Assembly (NCBI RefSeq): GCF_025465545.1
Contig: NZ_JAODMK010000010.1
Span: 45,813 to 109,812 of the forward strand
From: Naasia sp.
GTDB lineage: Bacteria; Actinomycetota; Actinomycetes; Actinomycetales; Microbacteriaceae
Reading direction: 5' to 3'
DNA: 64,000 nt
Position 1 is the first letter of the stretch. Each line of letters opens with the position of its first letter. Below, in pieces: positions 17,764-25,226 of the stretch. The notes under the pieces are model-generated. The model did not search any database and was not told the origin of the DNA. It saw only the letters and a list, made by a program, of their open reading frames with translations. The position numbers were made by a program, and so were the translations under genes.

Positions 17764-19311
17764 GTGCCCGAGATCCTCCGCACCCTCGTGCTCTGGTGCC
17801 CGGACTGGCCGGTCGTCGCGGCGACCCGGGCGGCTGGGCTGGCACCGGATGCCCCTCTCGCGCTCACCGACCGGGGCGAGGTGTTCGCCTGCTCGGCGGC
17901 CGCCCGCGCCGACGGGGTGCGGCGGGGCCTGCGCATCCGCGAGGCGCAGGCCCGCTGCGCGTCCCTCACCGCCCTCCCCTACGATTCCGGACTGGATGCG
18001 CGGATCTTCGAGCCGGTGCTGGCGGGGATCGAGGAGATCATGCCGGGCGTCCAGCTGCTCCGCCCGGGCACCGCCGCAATCCGGGCGCAGGGGCCCGCAC
18101 GGTTCTATGGGGGCGAAGCGGCGGCCGCCCGCGTGCTGCTGGACCGCCTCGCCCAGCTGGGCGTGACCGAAGCGCGGGTCGGCATCGCCGACGGGCCGTT
18201 CGCAGCGGAGCAGGCGGCCCGGACCAGCGGTCCGGAGCGCGTGCGGGTCATCCCGTCGGGTGAGTCGCCCGCCTTCCTCGCGCCGATGCCGGTGGCGATC
18301 CTCGGGGCGCCGGCACTCGGGATGCTGCTGCGCCGTCTGGGGCTGCCCACCCTCGGCGCCTTCGCGTCGCTGCCCGCGCTCGAGGTGCGCAACCGGTTCG
18401 GCCAGGAGGGTGCCGCCGCGCATCGGCTCGCCGCCGGTCGGGACGGGCGCCGCGTCCTGCCCCGGCTGCCGCCCGACGAGCTCGACGTGGTGGCCGAGTT
18501 CGAGCCGCCGCTCGATCGCGTCGATCAGGTCACCTTCGGGGTGCGGGCCCCGGCGGACCGGTTCCTCGAGCGGCTCATCGGGCTCGGGCTCGTCTGCACG
18601 GCGGTGCGGATCGAGATCACGACGGAGCGCGGGGAGCTGTCGGAGCGCACCTGGCTGCATCCGCGGTCCTTCACCGCCGCCGAGGTGGTGGATCGGGTGC
18701 GCTGGCAGCTGCAGGGCACGGGAGCGGTGGACACGGGGCTCGGCTCCCCCATCGCTCGAGTGCGCGTGCTGCCCGAGAGCGTCGACGCCGCGGCCGGCCA
18801 CGAGGAGGGCCTCTGGGGCGCCGCGCCCGACGAGCGCATCCACCACGGCCTGTCCCGGGTGCAGAGCATGCTCGGGCATGAGGCGGTGCTCACCGCGACG
18901 ATCGGCGGTGGTCGCCTGCTCGCGGACCGTCAGGTGCTGATCCCCTGGGGCGATCGTCCGCAGACACCCCGCCCGGCCGAGCGGCCGTGGCCAGGATCGC
19001 TTCCCGGGCTGACGCCGGCGACCGTCTTCCCTGGCCGTCGGACCTGCGCCGTGCTCAGTCCCGACGGATCCTCGGTGGCCGTCGACGACCGTGGCATGCT
19101 GTCGGCTCCGCCCGCCCGCTTCGCCGCTCCCGGCACAGGGCTCGCGCGTCCGGTGATCGCCTGGTCGGGTCCGTGGGGAGTCGAGGAGCGCTGGTGGGAC
19201 GTGGAGCAGAGCCGCAGCCTGTACCGCTTCCAGGTGGTCGACGAGGACGGCGAGGCCTGGCTCCTCGTCCTGGAGGACGGCTCATGGTGGGCGGAGGGCC
19301 TCTACGACTGA
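17764..19311 (+). CDS. imuB: ImuB, Y-family DNA polymerase-like mutasome protein
   Basis: N-terminus LVLWCPDWPVVAA is typical of ImuB. About 515 aa. GTG start 2 nt after the imuA' stop. Confidence 0.8.
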   Translation: MPEILRTLVLWCPDWPVVAATRAAGLAPDAPLALTDRGEVFACSAAARADGVRRGLRIREAQARCASLTALPYDSGLDARIFEPVLAGIEEIMPGVQLLRPGTAAIRAQGPARFYGGEAAAARVLLDRLAQLGVTEARVGIADGPFAAEQAARTSGPERVRVIPSGESPAFLAPMPVAILGAPALGMLLRRLGLPTLGAFASLPALEVRNRFGQEGAAAHRLAAGRDGRRVLPRLPPDELDVVAEFEPPLDRVDQVTFGVRAPADRFLERLIGLGLVCTAVRIEITTERGELSERTWLHPRSFTAAEVVDRVRWQLQGTGAVDTGLGSPIARVRVLPESVDAAAGHEEGLWGAAPDERIHHGLSRVQSMLGHEAVLTATIGGGRLLADRQVLIPWGDRPQTPRPAERPWPGSLPGLTPATVFPGRRTCAVLSPDGSSVAVDDRGMLSAPPARFAAPGTGLARPVIAWSGPWGVEERWWDVEQSRSLYRFQVVDEDGEAWLLVLEDGSWWAEGLYD

Positions 19312-20003
19312 GCTGGCGCATCCGAACTCCACCGCCGCGGCGGAACTGTCGCGCCGCCGGGTCGGAGGAGGGCGGCGGCCGTCCGCAGGTCGGCGACCAA
19401 GCCGTCGAACTCGCGGTCGAACTCGGGAGTGCCGCGCAGCCGCAGGACCGCGGAGGGGTGCACCGTGACGAGCACGCGGGCATCCTCGGCGGCCGGCAGC
19501 CGATCCTCGAGCACCCGGCCGCGCTCCGCCGTGACCCTGACGGTCCGGCTGAGCACCCCTCGGCCCGCCGTCGCCCCCATCGCCACGATCACCTTGGGCC
19601 GCACCGCCCGCACCTCAGCCTCGAGCCAGGGATTGCACGCAACGATGTGCGCGACCGCGGGCGACTTGTGCAGCCGCCGCTTGCCGCGCTCCTCGAAGCG
19701 GAAGTGCTTGACGGCGTTGGTCACGTACGCCGAATCCCCCGGCACCCCGGCCTGGGCGAGCGCGTCGGCGAGCAGCCGTCCTGCCGGGCCGACGAAGGGC
19801 CTGCCCTGCCTATCCTCCGAGTCGCCGGGCTGCTCGCCCACGAGCATCAGGTCCGCCTGCTGACTCCCGGAGCCGAACACGACATGCGTTGCGTCGAGGT
19901 AGAGCTCGCAGCCCTGGCAAGAGGGCGCGGCGGCACGCAGTTCGGCAAGGTTGCCACCCTCCGGCACCCACTGCTCGGCACCGGGCCTTGCGAAGTCCGC
20001 CAC
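19302..20003 (-). CDS. udgX: UdgX-type family 4 uracil-DNA glycosylase-like protein
   Basis: CQGCELY, VGEQPGDSEDRQGRPFVGPAG, VKHFRFEERGKRRLHKSP (KRRxH loop) and VHPSAVLR. I prefer GTG 20003 to the ORF-track ATG 20075, because 20016-20070 is a dispersed repeat copy. Confidence 0.8.
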   Translation of the reverse strand: MADFARPGAEQWVPEGGNLAELRAAAPSCQGCELYLDATHVVFGSGSQQADLMLVGEQPGDSEDRQGRPFVGPAGRLLADALAQAGVPGDSAYVTNAVKHFRFEERGKRRLHKSPAVAHIVACNPWLEAEVRAVRPKVIVAMGATAGRGVLSRTVRVTAERGRVLEDRLPAAEDARVLVTVHPSAVLRLRGTPEFDREFDGLVADLRTAAALLRPGGATVPPRRWSSDAPAQS

Positions 20004-20015
20004 GTCCCCTCCTCG

Positions 20016-20070
20016 AAGTGCCCGTTCCGGCGCGGAGTGACCGCTGCAGCGGGCACTTTCTGCCGGAACG
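20016..20070. repeat. dispersed roughly 55-bp repeat, copy A
   Basis: AAGTGCCCGTTCCGGCGC (20016-20033) is identical to 24894-24911. GGGCACTTtctGCCGGAACG (20051-20070) matches 24929-24948. Confidence 0.7.
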
Positions 20071-20090
20071 TGCACCTGGAACGGTACGCC

Positions 20091-21047
20091 TCAGCGGGCG
20101 ACGCGGGCCAGGAGCTCGTCCCAGCGAGCAAGGAAGGCCGGGAGCCCGTAGTGATCGAGAGCGAAGCGGCGGGCCGCCGCACCTCGCTCCCGCGCCTCGT
20201 CGGGATCGGCGATCAGGAGCCGGGCCGCTGCGACCAGCTCGTCCACATCCATCGACAGCGCACCCGCCTCTGGAGGCACCGCCCGGTACGCCTCGGTGGT
20301 CGCGAGGGCGAGCACGGGCATCCCGAGCTGCATCGCCTCGAGCAGGCTCAGGCCGAGCGACGTCCAGCGGATCGGATGCAGATAGGCGCGGCGCAGGGCG
20401 AGCGCGGGGTGCAGCTCCCACGGCGCGAGGTTGCCGGCGAAGGCGATTCGCCCCTCCTCGAGCCCCAGTGCACCGGGCAGCTGATCGGCGTCGATGCCCC
20501 AGGCGTCGATCGGCGCCGCCGCCGCGAACGCGGGCAGCAGGTCGGTGCCGGTCACCCGCCAGCGCCGGACGGGCTCGTTGATCACGAAGCCGAGCCGGGG
20601 CAGCTCGCCGGTGTACAGGTGTCCGGGGTCGGGGATGCCGTGCTCGATCACGGTGGTCGGCGCGATGCCGGTGTCCCACATCAGACGGTTGAAGTGGGTC
20701 ACATGCGCGATCAGGATGTCGTCCCGGTCGGCCAGCGGATGCCGGGTCGACGGCACGTCGCCTCTGGGGGTGTTGTGCTCCACGAAGACGGCGGGCACGT
20801 CCTGCCCGAGGCGCCGGCCGAGCAGCCGCTCCGTCCTCTCGATCTCGGCGAAGGACTGCAGCACCACCACGTCGACCGCGGCGTCGGCGAGCTCGTCCTC
20901 CGGCAGGTTGACGGCCGACGCCGGCCAGTACGGCTTGACCTTGCCCGCCTCCTCGGCGCCGATCGGGATCAGGTACTCGTGGAACCCCTGCACGAAGCCG
21001 GTGGTCCAGCTGCTGTGCACGTGCCAGGAGAGAACCCGCATGGGCAC
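20091..21047 (-). CDS. glycosyltransferase (GT-B fold, GT1/GT4-like)
   Basis: C-terminal TSLGLSLLEAMQLGMPVLA resembles an E-x7-E motif region. Confidence 0.75.
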   Translation of the reverse strand: MPMRVLSWHVHSSWTTGFVQGFHEYLIPIGAEEAGKVKPYWPASAVNLPEDELADAAVDVVVLQSFAEIERTERLLGRRLGQDVPAVFVEHNTPRGDVPSTRHPLADRDDILIAHVTHFNRLMWDTGIAPTTVIEHGIPDPGHLYTGELPRLGFVINEPVRRWRVTGTDLLPAFAAAAPIDAWGIDADQLPGALGLEEGRIAFAGNLAPWELHPALALRRAYLHPIRWTSLGLSLLEAMQLGMPVLALATTEAYRAVPPEAGALSMDVDELVAAARLLIADPDEARERGAAARRFALDHYGLPAFLARWDELLARVAR

Positions 21048-21103
21048 ACTCTAGAAGACGCCCCCGTATCGGCGCCCCCGCGCCCTGCTCGGCCCCGCCG
21101 TCC

Positions 21104-21208
21104 CTCTCCCTCAGCAGGCAATTCTGCCGCCATCCCGCTATGTGGCCCGGTTCTGCCTGCTGGAGACTTTTCTGCCTGCTGAGCGACAGAGGAAGAGCGA
21201 CAGAGGAA
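21104..21208. repeat. inverted-repeat element (CTCAGCAGGCA / TTCTGCCTGCTGAG family) plus a 2 x 14-bp tandem duplication
   Basis: CTCTCCCTCAGCAGGCA (21104-21120) and TTCTGCCTGCTGAGCGA (21170-21186) are exact 17-mers also present at 59316-59332 and 59401-59417. GAGCGACAGAGGAA occurs twice in tandem at 21181-21208. Confidence 0.75.
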
Positions 21209-21232
21209 GGGGGTGAACAGGAGGCACGCCGC

Positions 21233-21261
21233 TTGCGAGATTCGAACATATGTTCGACACT
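21233..21261 (+). promoter_or_regulatory. SOS promoter with LexA operator upstream of dnaE2
   Basis: TTGCGA (21233-38), 17 nt, GACACT (21256-61). The spacer contains a perfect TCGAAC-ATAT-GTTCGA (21242-21257). Confidence 0.8.
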
Positions 21262-21267
21262 GGGAGG

Positions 21268-24200
21268 GTGGGATACAACAATCCGCCGATCCCGTGGTCG
21301 GAGTTCGAGCGCCGTCTCTCCGACGCGCGCCGGCCCAACACGCGGCCGGCCGAGGCGGACGGCGGCGACAGCCCCGCCTGGTCCCCCAAGCGGGCGCCCT
21401 ACCGGCCGTCGCCCCCGTCGGCTCCGCCTCTCGAGGGGCCTGTCGTCCCGTATGCAGAGCTGCGCACGCACTCCAACTTCAGCTTCCTCGACGGCGCCTC
21501 CTCCCCCGAGGAGCTCCTCGAGGAGGCCGCCCGCCTCCGGCTGGAGGGACTCGCCCTCACCGACCACAACGGACTGTACGGCGCGGTACGGCTGGCGGAG
21601 GCGGCCGAGAAGCACGACATCCGCACGGTGTTCGGGGCGGAACTGGCCCTCGGCCTCACCCGGCCCCAGAACGGCATCGCCGATCCGGAGGGCAGCCACC
21701 TCGTCGTCCTCGCCCGCCGCCAGGAGGGCTACCACCGGCTGGCCGGCGCCATCACCAACGCACAGCTCGCGCCCGGCGCGGAGAAGGGCAGTCCCCGCTT
21801 CGACCTGACCGAGCTCGCCGAGCGTGCGGACGGCGGCTGGTTCGTGCTGACCGGCTGCCGCAAGGGCCTCGTGCGCCAGGCGTTGCAGCCCGATCCGGCG
21901 GGACCGCTCGATCCGGCGTCGGCGGGACGGGAGCTCGACCTGCTCGTCGACCTCTTCGGCGCAGGCAACGTGGCGGTGGAGCTGTTCGACCGGGGCGAGC
22001 CGCTCGACTCGACCCTCAACGACGCCCTCGCGGCTCTCGCGGGCTCCCGGCGACTGCCGATCGTCGCCACGGGGGCTGTGCACTACGCCACCCCGAAGCA
22101 GCACCGGCTCGCCACCGCTCTCGCCGCCGTCCGCGCCCGCCGCAGCCTCGACGACATGGACGGCTGGCTCCCGGCCGGGGGCGGCGCGCACCTCCGCACC
22201 GGAGCGGAGATGGCGGCCAGATTCGCCCGCTATCCGGGCGCTGTGGAGGCGACCGTCGATCTCGCCGCCGACCTGGCCTTCTCCCTCCGCAGCGCCAGCC
22301 CCGGCCTGCCCAAGCAGGAGGTCCCGGACGGGCACACCCCGATGAGCTGGCTCCGCCGGCTCGTCGGGGACGCGGTGCCGCGGAAGTACCCGAACGCGCC
22401 GCAGTCCACGCTCGAGCGCATCGCGCGGGAGCTCGACGTGATCGAGGCGAAGGACTTCCCCGGCTACTTCCTGATCGTCCACGACATCGTCTGGTTCGCG
22501 AAGGGCCGGGGCATCCTCTGCCAGGGCCGCGGCTCGGCCGCCAACTCCGCGGTGTGCTACCTGCTCGGCATCACCGCGGTCGACTCCATCCGCTACAACC
22601 TGCCCTTCGAGAGGTTCCTCTCCAGCCTCCGCAACGAGGAGCCTGACATCGACGTCGACTTCGACTCGGACCGGCGGGAGGAGGTCATCCAGTACGTCTA
22701 CGCGAAGTACGGGCGCCGCAACGCCGCCCAGGTCGCCAACGTGGTGACCTACCGGCCGAAGAACGCGGTGCGTGACATGGCGAAGGCGCTCGGCCACTCG
22801 ACCGGCCAGCAGGACGCCTGGTCCCGCCAGGTGGAGCGCTGGGGCGGCGATGTGCAGAGCGACGACCACGACATCCCGAAGCCCGTCGTGGATCTCGCCC
22901 AGCAGGTGCTCAAGTTCCCCCGGCACCTCGGCATCCACTCGGGCGGGATGGTGCTCACCGACCGTCCCGTCGGCGAGGTGTGTCCCATCGAGAACGCCCG
23001 GATGGAGGGCCGGACGGTGCTGCAGTGGGACAAGGACGACTGCGCCTGGATGGGGCTCGTCAAGTTCGACCTTCTCGGTCTCGGCATGCTCGCCGCCCTC
23101 CAGTACGCATTCGACCTCGCCGACACCCATCTCGGCGAGCGTTGGGATCTCGACTCGATGCCCAAGGAGGAGCAGGGCGTCTACGACCAGCTGTGCCGTG
23201 CCGACTCGATCGGCGTGTTCCAGGTGGAGAGCCGGGCGCAGATGGGCACCCTTCCCCGACTGCAGCCGCGCGTGTTCTACGACCTCGTCGTCGAGGTGGC
23301 GCTCATCCGGCCCGGGCCCATCCAGGGCAAGGCGGTGCACCCGTTCGTGCGGCGCCGGGTCGGCGAGGAGAAGGTCAGCTACCTGCACCCCAAGCTCGAG
23401 CCGGTGCTGGAGCGCACCCTCGGCGTGCCGATCTTCCAGGAGCAGCTGATGCAGATCGCCATGGAGGTCGGCGGCTGCACCGGCGAGGACGCCGACCTGC
23501 TGCGTCGCGCGATGGGCTCCAAGCGGGGGCTCGAGAAGATCGACTCCCTGCGGGACAAGCTCTATGCGGGGATGGCCTCGAACGGCATCGAGCCGGATGT
23601 CGCCGATCAGATCTACGACAAGATCGAGGCCTTCGCCGACTTCGGCTTCGCCGAGAGCCACTCAATCAGCTTCGCGCTCATCGTCTACGCGAGCGCCTGG
23701 ATGAGGCTGCACTATCCGGGCATCTTCCTCGCGGCGCTGCTGCGGGCGCAGCCGATGGGCTTCTACTCGCCGCAGTCCCTCACCGCGGACGCTCGCCACC
23801 ACGGCGTGGAGGTGCGAAGACCCGACATCCTGCGCTCGGGTGTGGAGGCAGACCTGGAGCCGCTCGTGCTCCCCGACCTGCCCGCCGCCGGTGATGCTGA
23901 CGCTGAGCGCGTGTCCGCCGGGCACGGGTCGCGCAGTCGAGCCCGGTACGCCGGCAACGCACGCTCGGCCGCTCGCACCGCGTTCGGCGACAGCGGCACT
24001 GCGCTGACGGACGTCGACGCGCTCCTCGGCGAGCTGCAGGAGACGGCGGACGCGCGGCGCCCTGCGCCACCGGGACCCTGGGCGACGGGACGCGACACCT
24101 GCCTCGACCGGGAGCAGCCGCCGGTCTCCGCGCGGTTCGACCCGACTGCCCCCGTGGAGGACGCAGCCCATCGGCGGGACGGCAACTCCGCGGTGCGGCT

Positions 24201-24891
24201 CGGGCTCGCCGAAGTCTCCTCGATCGGCAAGAAGCTCGCCGCCCGCATCGTCGAGGAGCGGGAGCGCGGCGGGCTGTACACGAGCCAGAACGACCTGGCC
24301 CGCCGCGTCGGGCTCAGCGCACCCCAGCTGGAGGCTCTCTCGGCGGCCGGCGCGTTCGCATCGCTCGGCCTCGGCCAGCGGGAGGCGCTCTGGGGTGCGG
24401 GCGCCGCCGCGCAGGAGCACCCCGACTACCTGCCCGGAACGGGCATCACCGTGCAGCCGCCGCTGCTGCCGATGCTGAGCCCCGCCGAGCAGGTGGCCTC
24501 CGACCTCTGGGCCACCGGCATCTCCCCCGACCAGCACCCGATGTCCTTCGTGCGGAGCCGGCTGACTCAGCGCGGCGTCCTCTCCTATGCCCAGCTCGCC
24601 ACGGCCGAGTCGGGGCGGCGGATCGAGATCGCCGGAGTGGTCACCCACCGGCAGCGTCCGGCGACCGCGGCAGGGGTCACATTCCTCAACCTCGAGGACG
24701 AGACAGGGATGGTCAACATCGTCTGCAGCGTCGGCGTCTGGCAGCGCTACCGCAGGATCGCCCGGGAGGCGCCCGCGATGATCATCCGCGGCATCCTCGA
24801 ACGCTCACCGGAGGGCGTGATCAACGTGCTCGCCGACCGGTTCGAGCTGCTCACGATCGGCGCGAGGAGCGTCTCCCGCGACTTCCACTGA
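21268..24891 (+). CDS. dnaE2: error-prone DNA polymerase DnaE2 (Pol III alpha, C-family)
   Basis: PHP domain YAELRTHSNFSFLDGAS, LTDHNGLYG, polymerase core, and a C-terminal OB fold. I prefer GTG 21268 (VGYNNPPIPWSEFERRL) because ATG 21250 lies inside the operator. Confidence 0.93.
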   Translation: MGYNNPPIPWSEFERRLSDARRPNTRPAEADGGDSPAWSPKRAPYRPSPPSAPPLEGPVVPYAELRTHSNFSFLDGASSPEELLEEAARLRLEGLALTDHNGLYGAVRLAEAAEKHDIRTVFGAELALGLTRPQNGIADPEGSHLVVLARRQEGYHRLAGAITNAQLAPGAEKGSPRFDLTELAERADGGWFVLTGCRKGLVRQALQPDPAGPLDPASAGRELDLLVDLFGAGNVAVELFDRGEPLDSTLNDALAALAGSRRLPIVATGAVHYATPKQHRLATALAAVRARRSLDDMDGWLPAGGGAHLRTGAEMAARFARYPGAVEATVDLAADLAFSLRSASPGLPKQEVPDGHTPMSWLRRLVGDAVPRKYPNAPQSTLERIARELDVIEAKDFPGYFLIVHDIVWFAKGRGILCQGRGSAANSAVCYLLGITAVDSIRYNLPFERFLSSLRNEEPDIDVDFDSDRREEVIQYVYAKYGRRNAAQVANVVTYRPKNAVRDMAKALGHSTGQQDAWSRQVERWGGDVQSDDHDIPKPVVDLAQQVLKFPRHLGIHSGGMVLTDRPVGEVCPIENARMEGRTVLQWDKDDCAWMGLVKFDLLGLGMLAALQYAFDLADTHLGERWDLDSMPKEEQGVYDQLCRADSIGVFQVESRAQMGTLPRLQPRVFYDLVVEVALIRPGPIQGKAVHPFVRRRVGEEKVSYLHPKLEPVLERTLGVPIFQEQLMQIAMEVGGCTGEDADLLRRAMGSKRGLEKIDSLRDKLYAGMASNGIEPDVADQIYDKIEAFADFGFAESHSISFALIVYASAWMRLHYPGIFLAALLRAQPMGFYSPQSLTADARHHGVEVRRPDILRSGVEADLEPLVLPDLPAAGDADAERVSAGHGSRSRARYAGNARSAARTAFGDSGTALTDVDALLGELQETADARRPAPPGPWATGRDTCLDREQPPVSARFDPTAPVEDAAHRRDGNSAVRLGLAEVSSIGKKLAARIVEERERGGLYTSQNDLARRVGLSAPQLEALSAAGAFASLGLGQREALWGAGAAAQEHPDYLPGTGITVQPPLLPMLSPAEQVASDLWATGISPDQHPMSFVRSRLTQRGVLSYAQLATAESGRRIEIAGVVTHRQRPATAAGVTFLNLEDETGMVNIVCSVGVWQRYRRIAREAPAMIIRGILERSPEGVINVLADRFELLTIGARSVSRDFH

Positions 24892-24893
24892 CC

Positions 24894-24948
24894 AAGTGCC
24901 CGTTCCGGCGCCAAGTGCGCGCAACAAGGGGCACTTCGCGCCGGAACG
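24894..24948. repeat. dispersed roughly 55-bp repeat, copy B (probable dnaE2/acyP terminator)
   Basis: Same element as 20016-20070. GTTCCGGCGC (24902-11) and GCGCCGGAAC (24938-47) form a perfect 10-bp stem. Confidence 0.7.
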
Positions 24949-24953
24949 GCCCG

Positions 24954-25226
24954 TCAGCGAACGGCGAAGGTTCCGGTGCCGCTCGGCTCGATCTCTGAGA
25001 CCTCCACCGCGGCGACCCGGGCGAAGGCGGGGCCCCGGTGCAGCCACTGGATGAGCGCCGCCACCTGGGCTTCGTCGCCCTCCAGCTCCGCCTCGACGCG
25101 GCCGTCCTCGAGGTTCCGCACCCAGCCGCACACCCCGAGCGCAGCCGCTTTCGCCCGGCAGGAGTAGCGGAAGCCGACCCCCTGCACCCGGCCCGAGACG
25201 AGCACGCGACGCGCGATCCGGGTCAT
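24954..25226 (-). CDS. acyP: acylphosphatase
   Basis: VSGRVQGVGFRY and GWVRNLEDGRVE motifs. ATGA overlap with the upstream gene (25223-25226). Confidence 0.9.
   Translation of the reverse strand: MTRIARRVLVSGRVQGVGFRYSCRAKAAALGVCGWVRNLEDGRVEAELEGDEAQVAALIQWLHRGPAFARVAAVEVSEIEPSGTGTFAVR

Noticed and set aside
19810-23661. 1283-aa ORF on the minus strand, the longest ORF in the window.
   Set aside because: It is antisense to dnaE2 and its translation is Arg/Gly/Ala/Pro-rich junk with no motifs. Long stop-free antisense frames are expected at about 70% GC. The plus-strand frame carries unmistakable Pol III alpha motifs.
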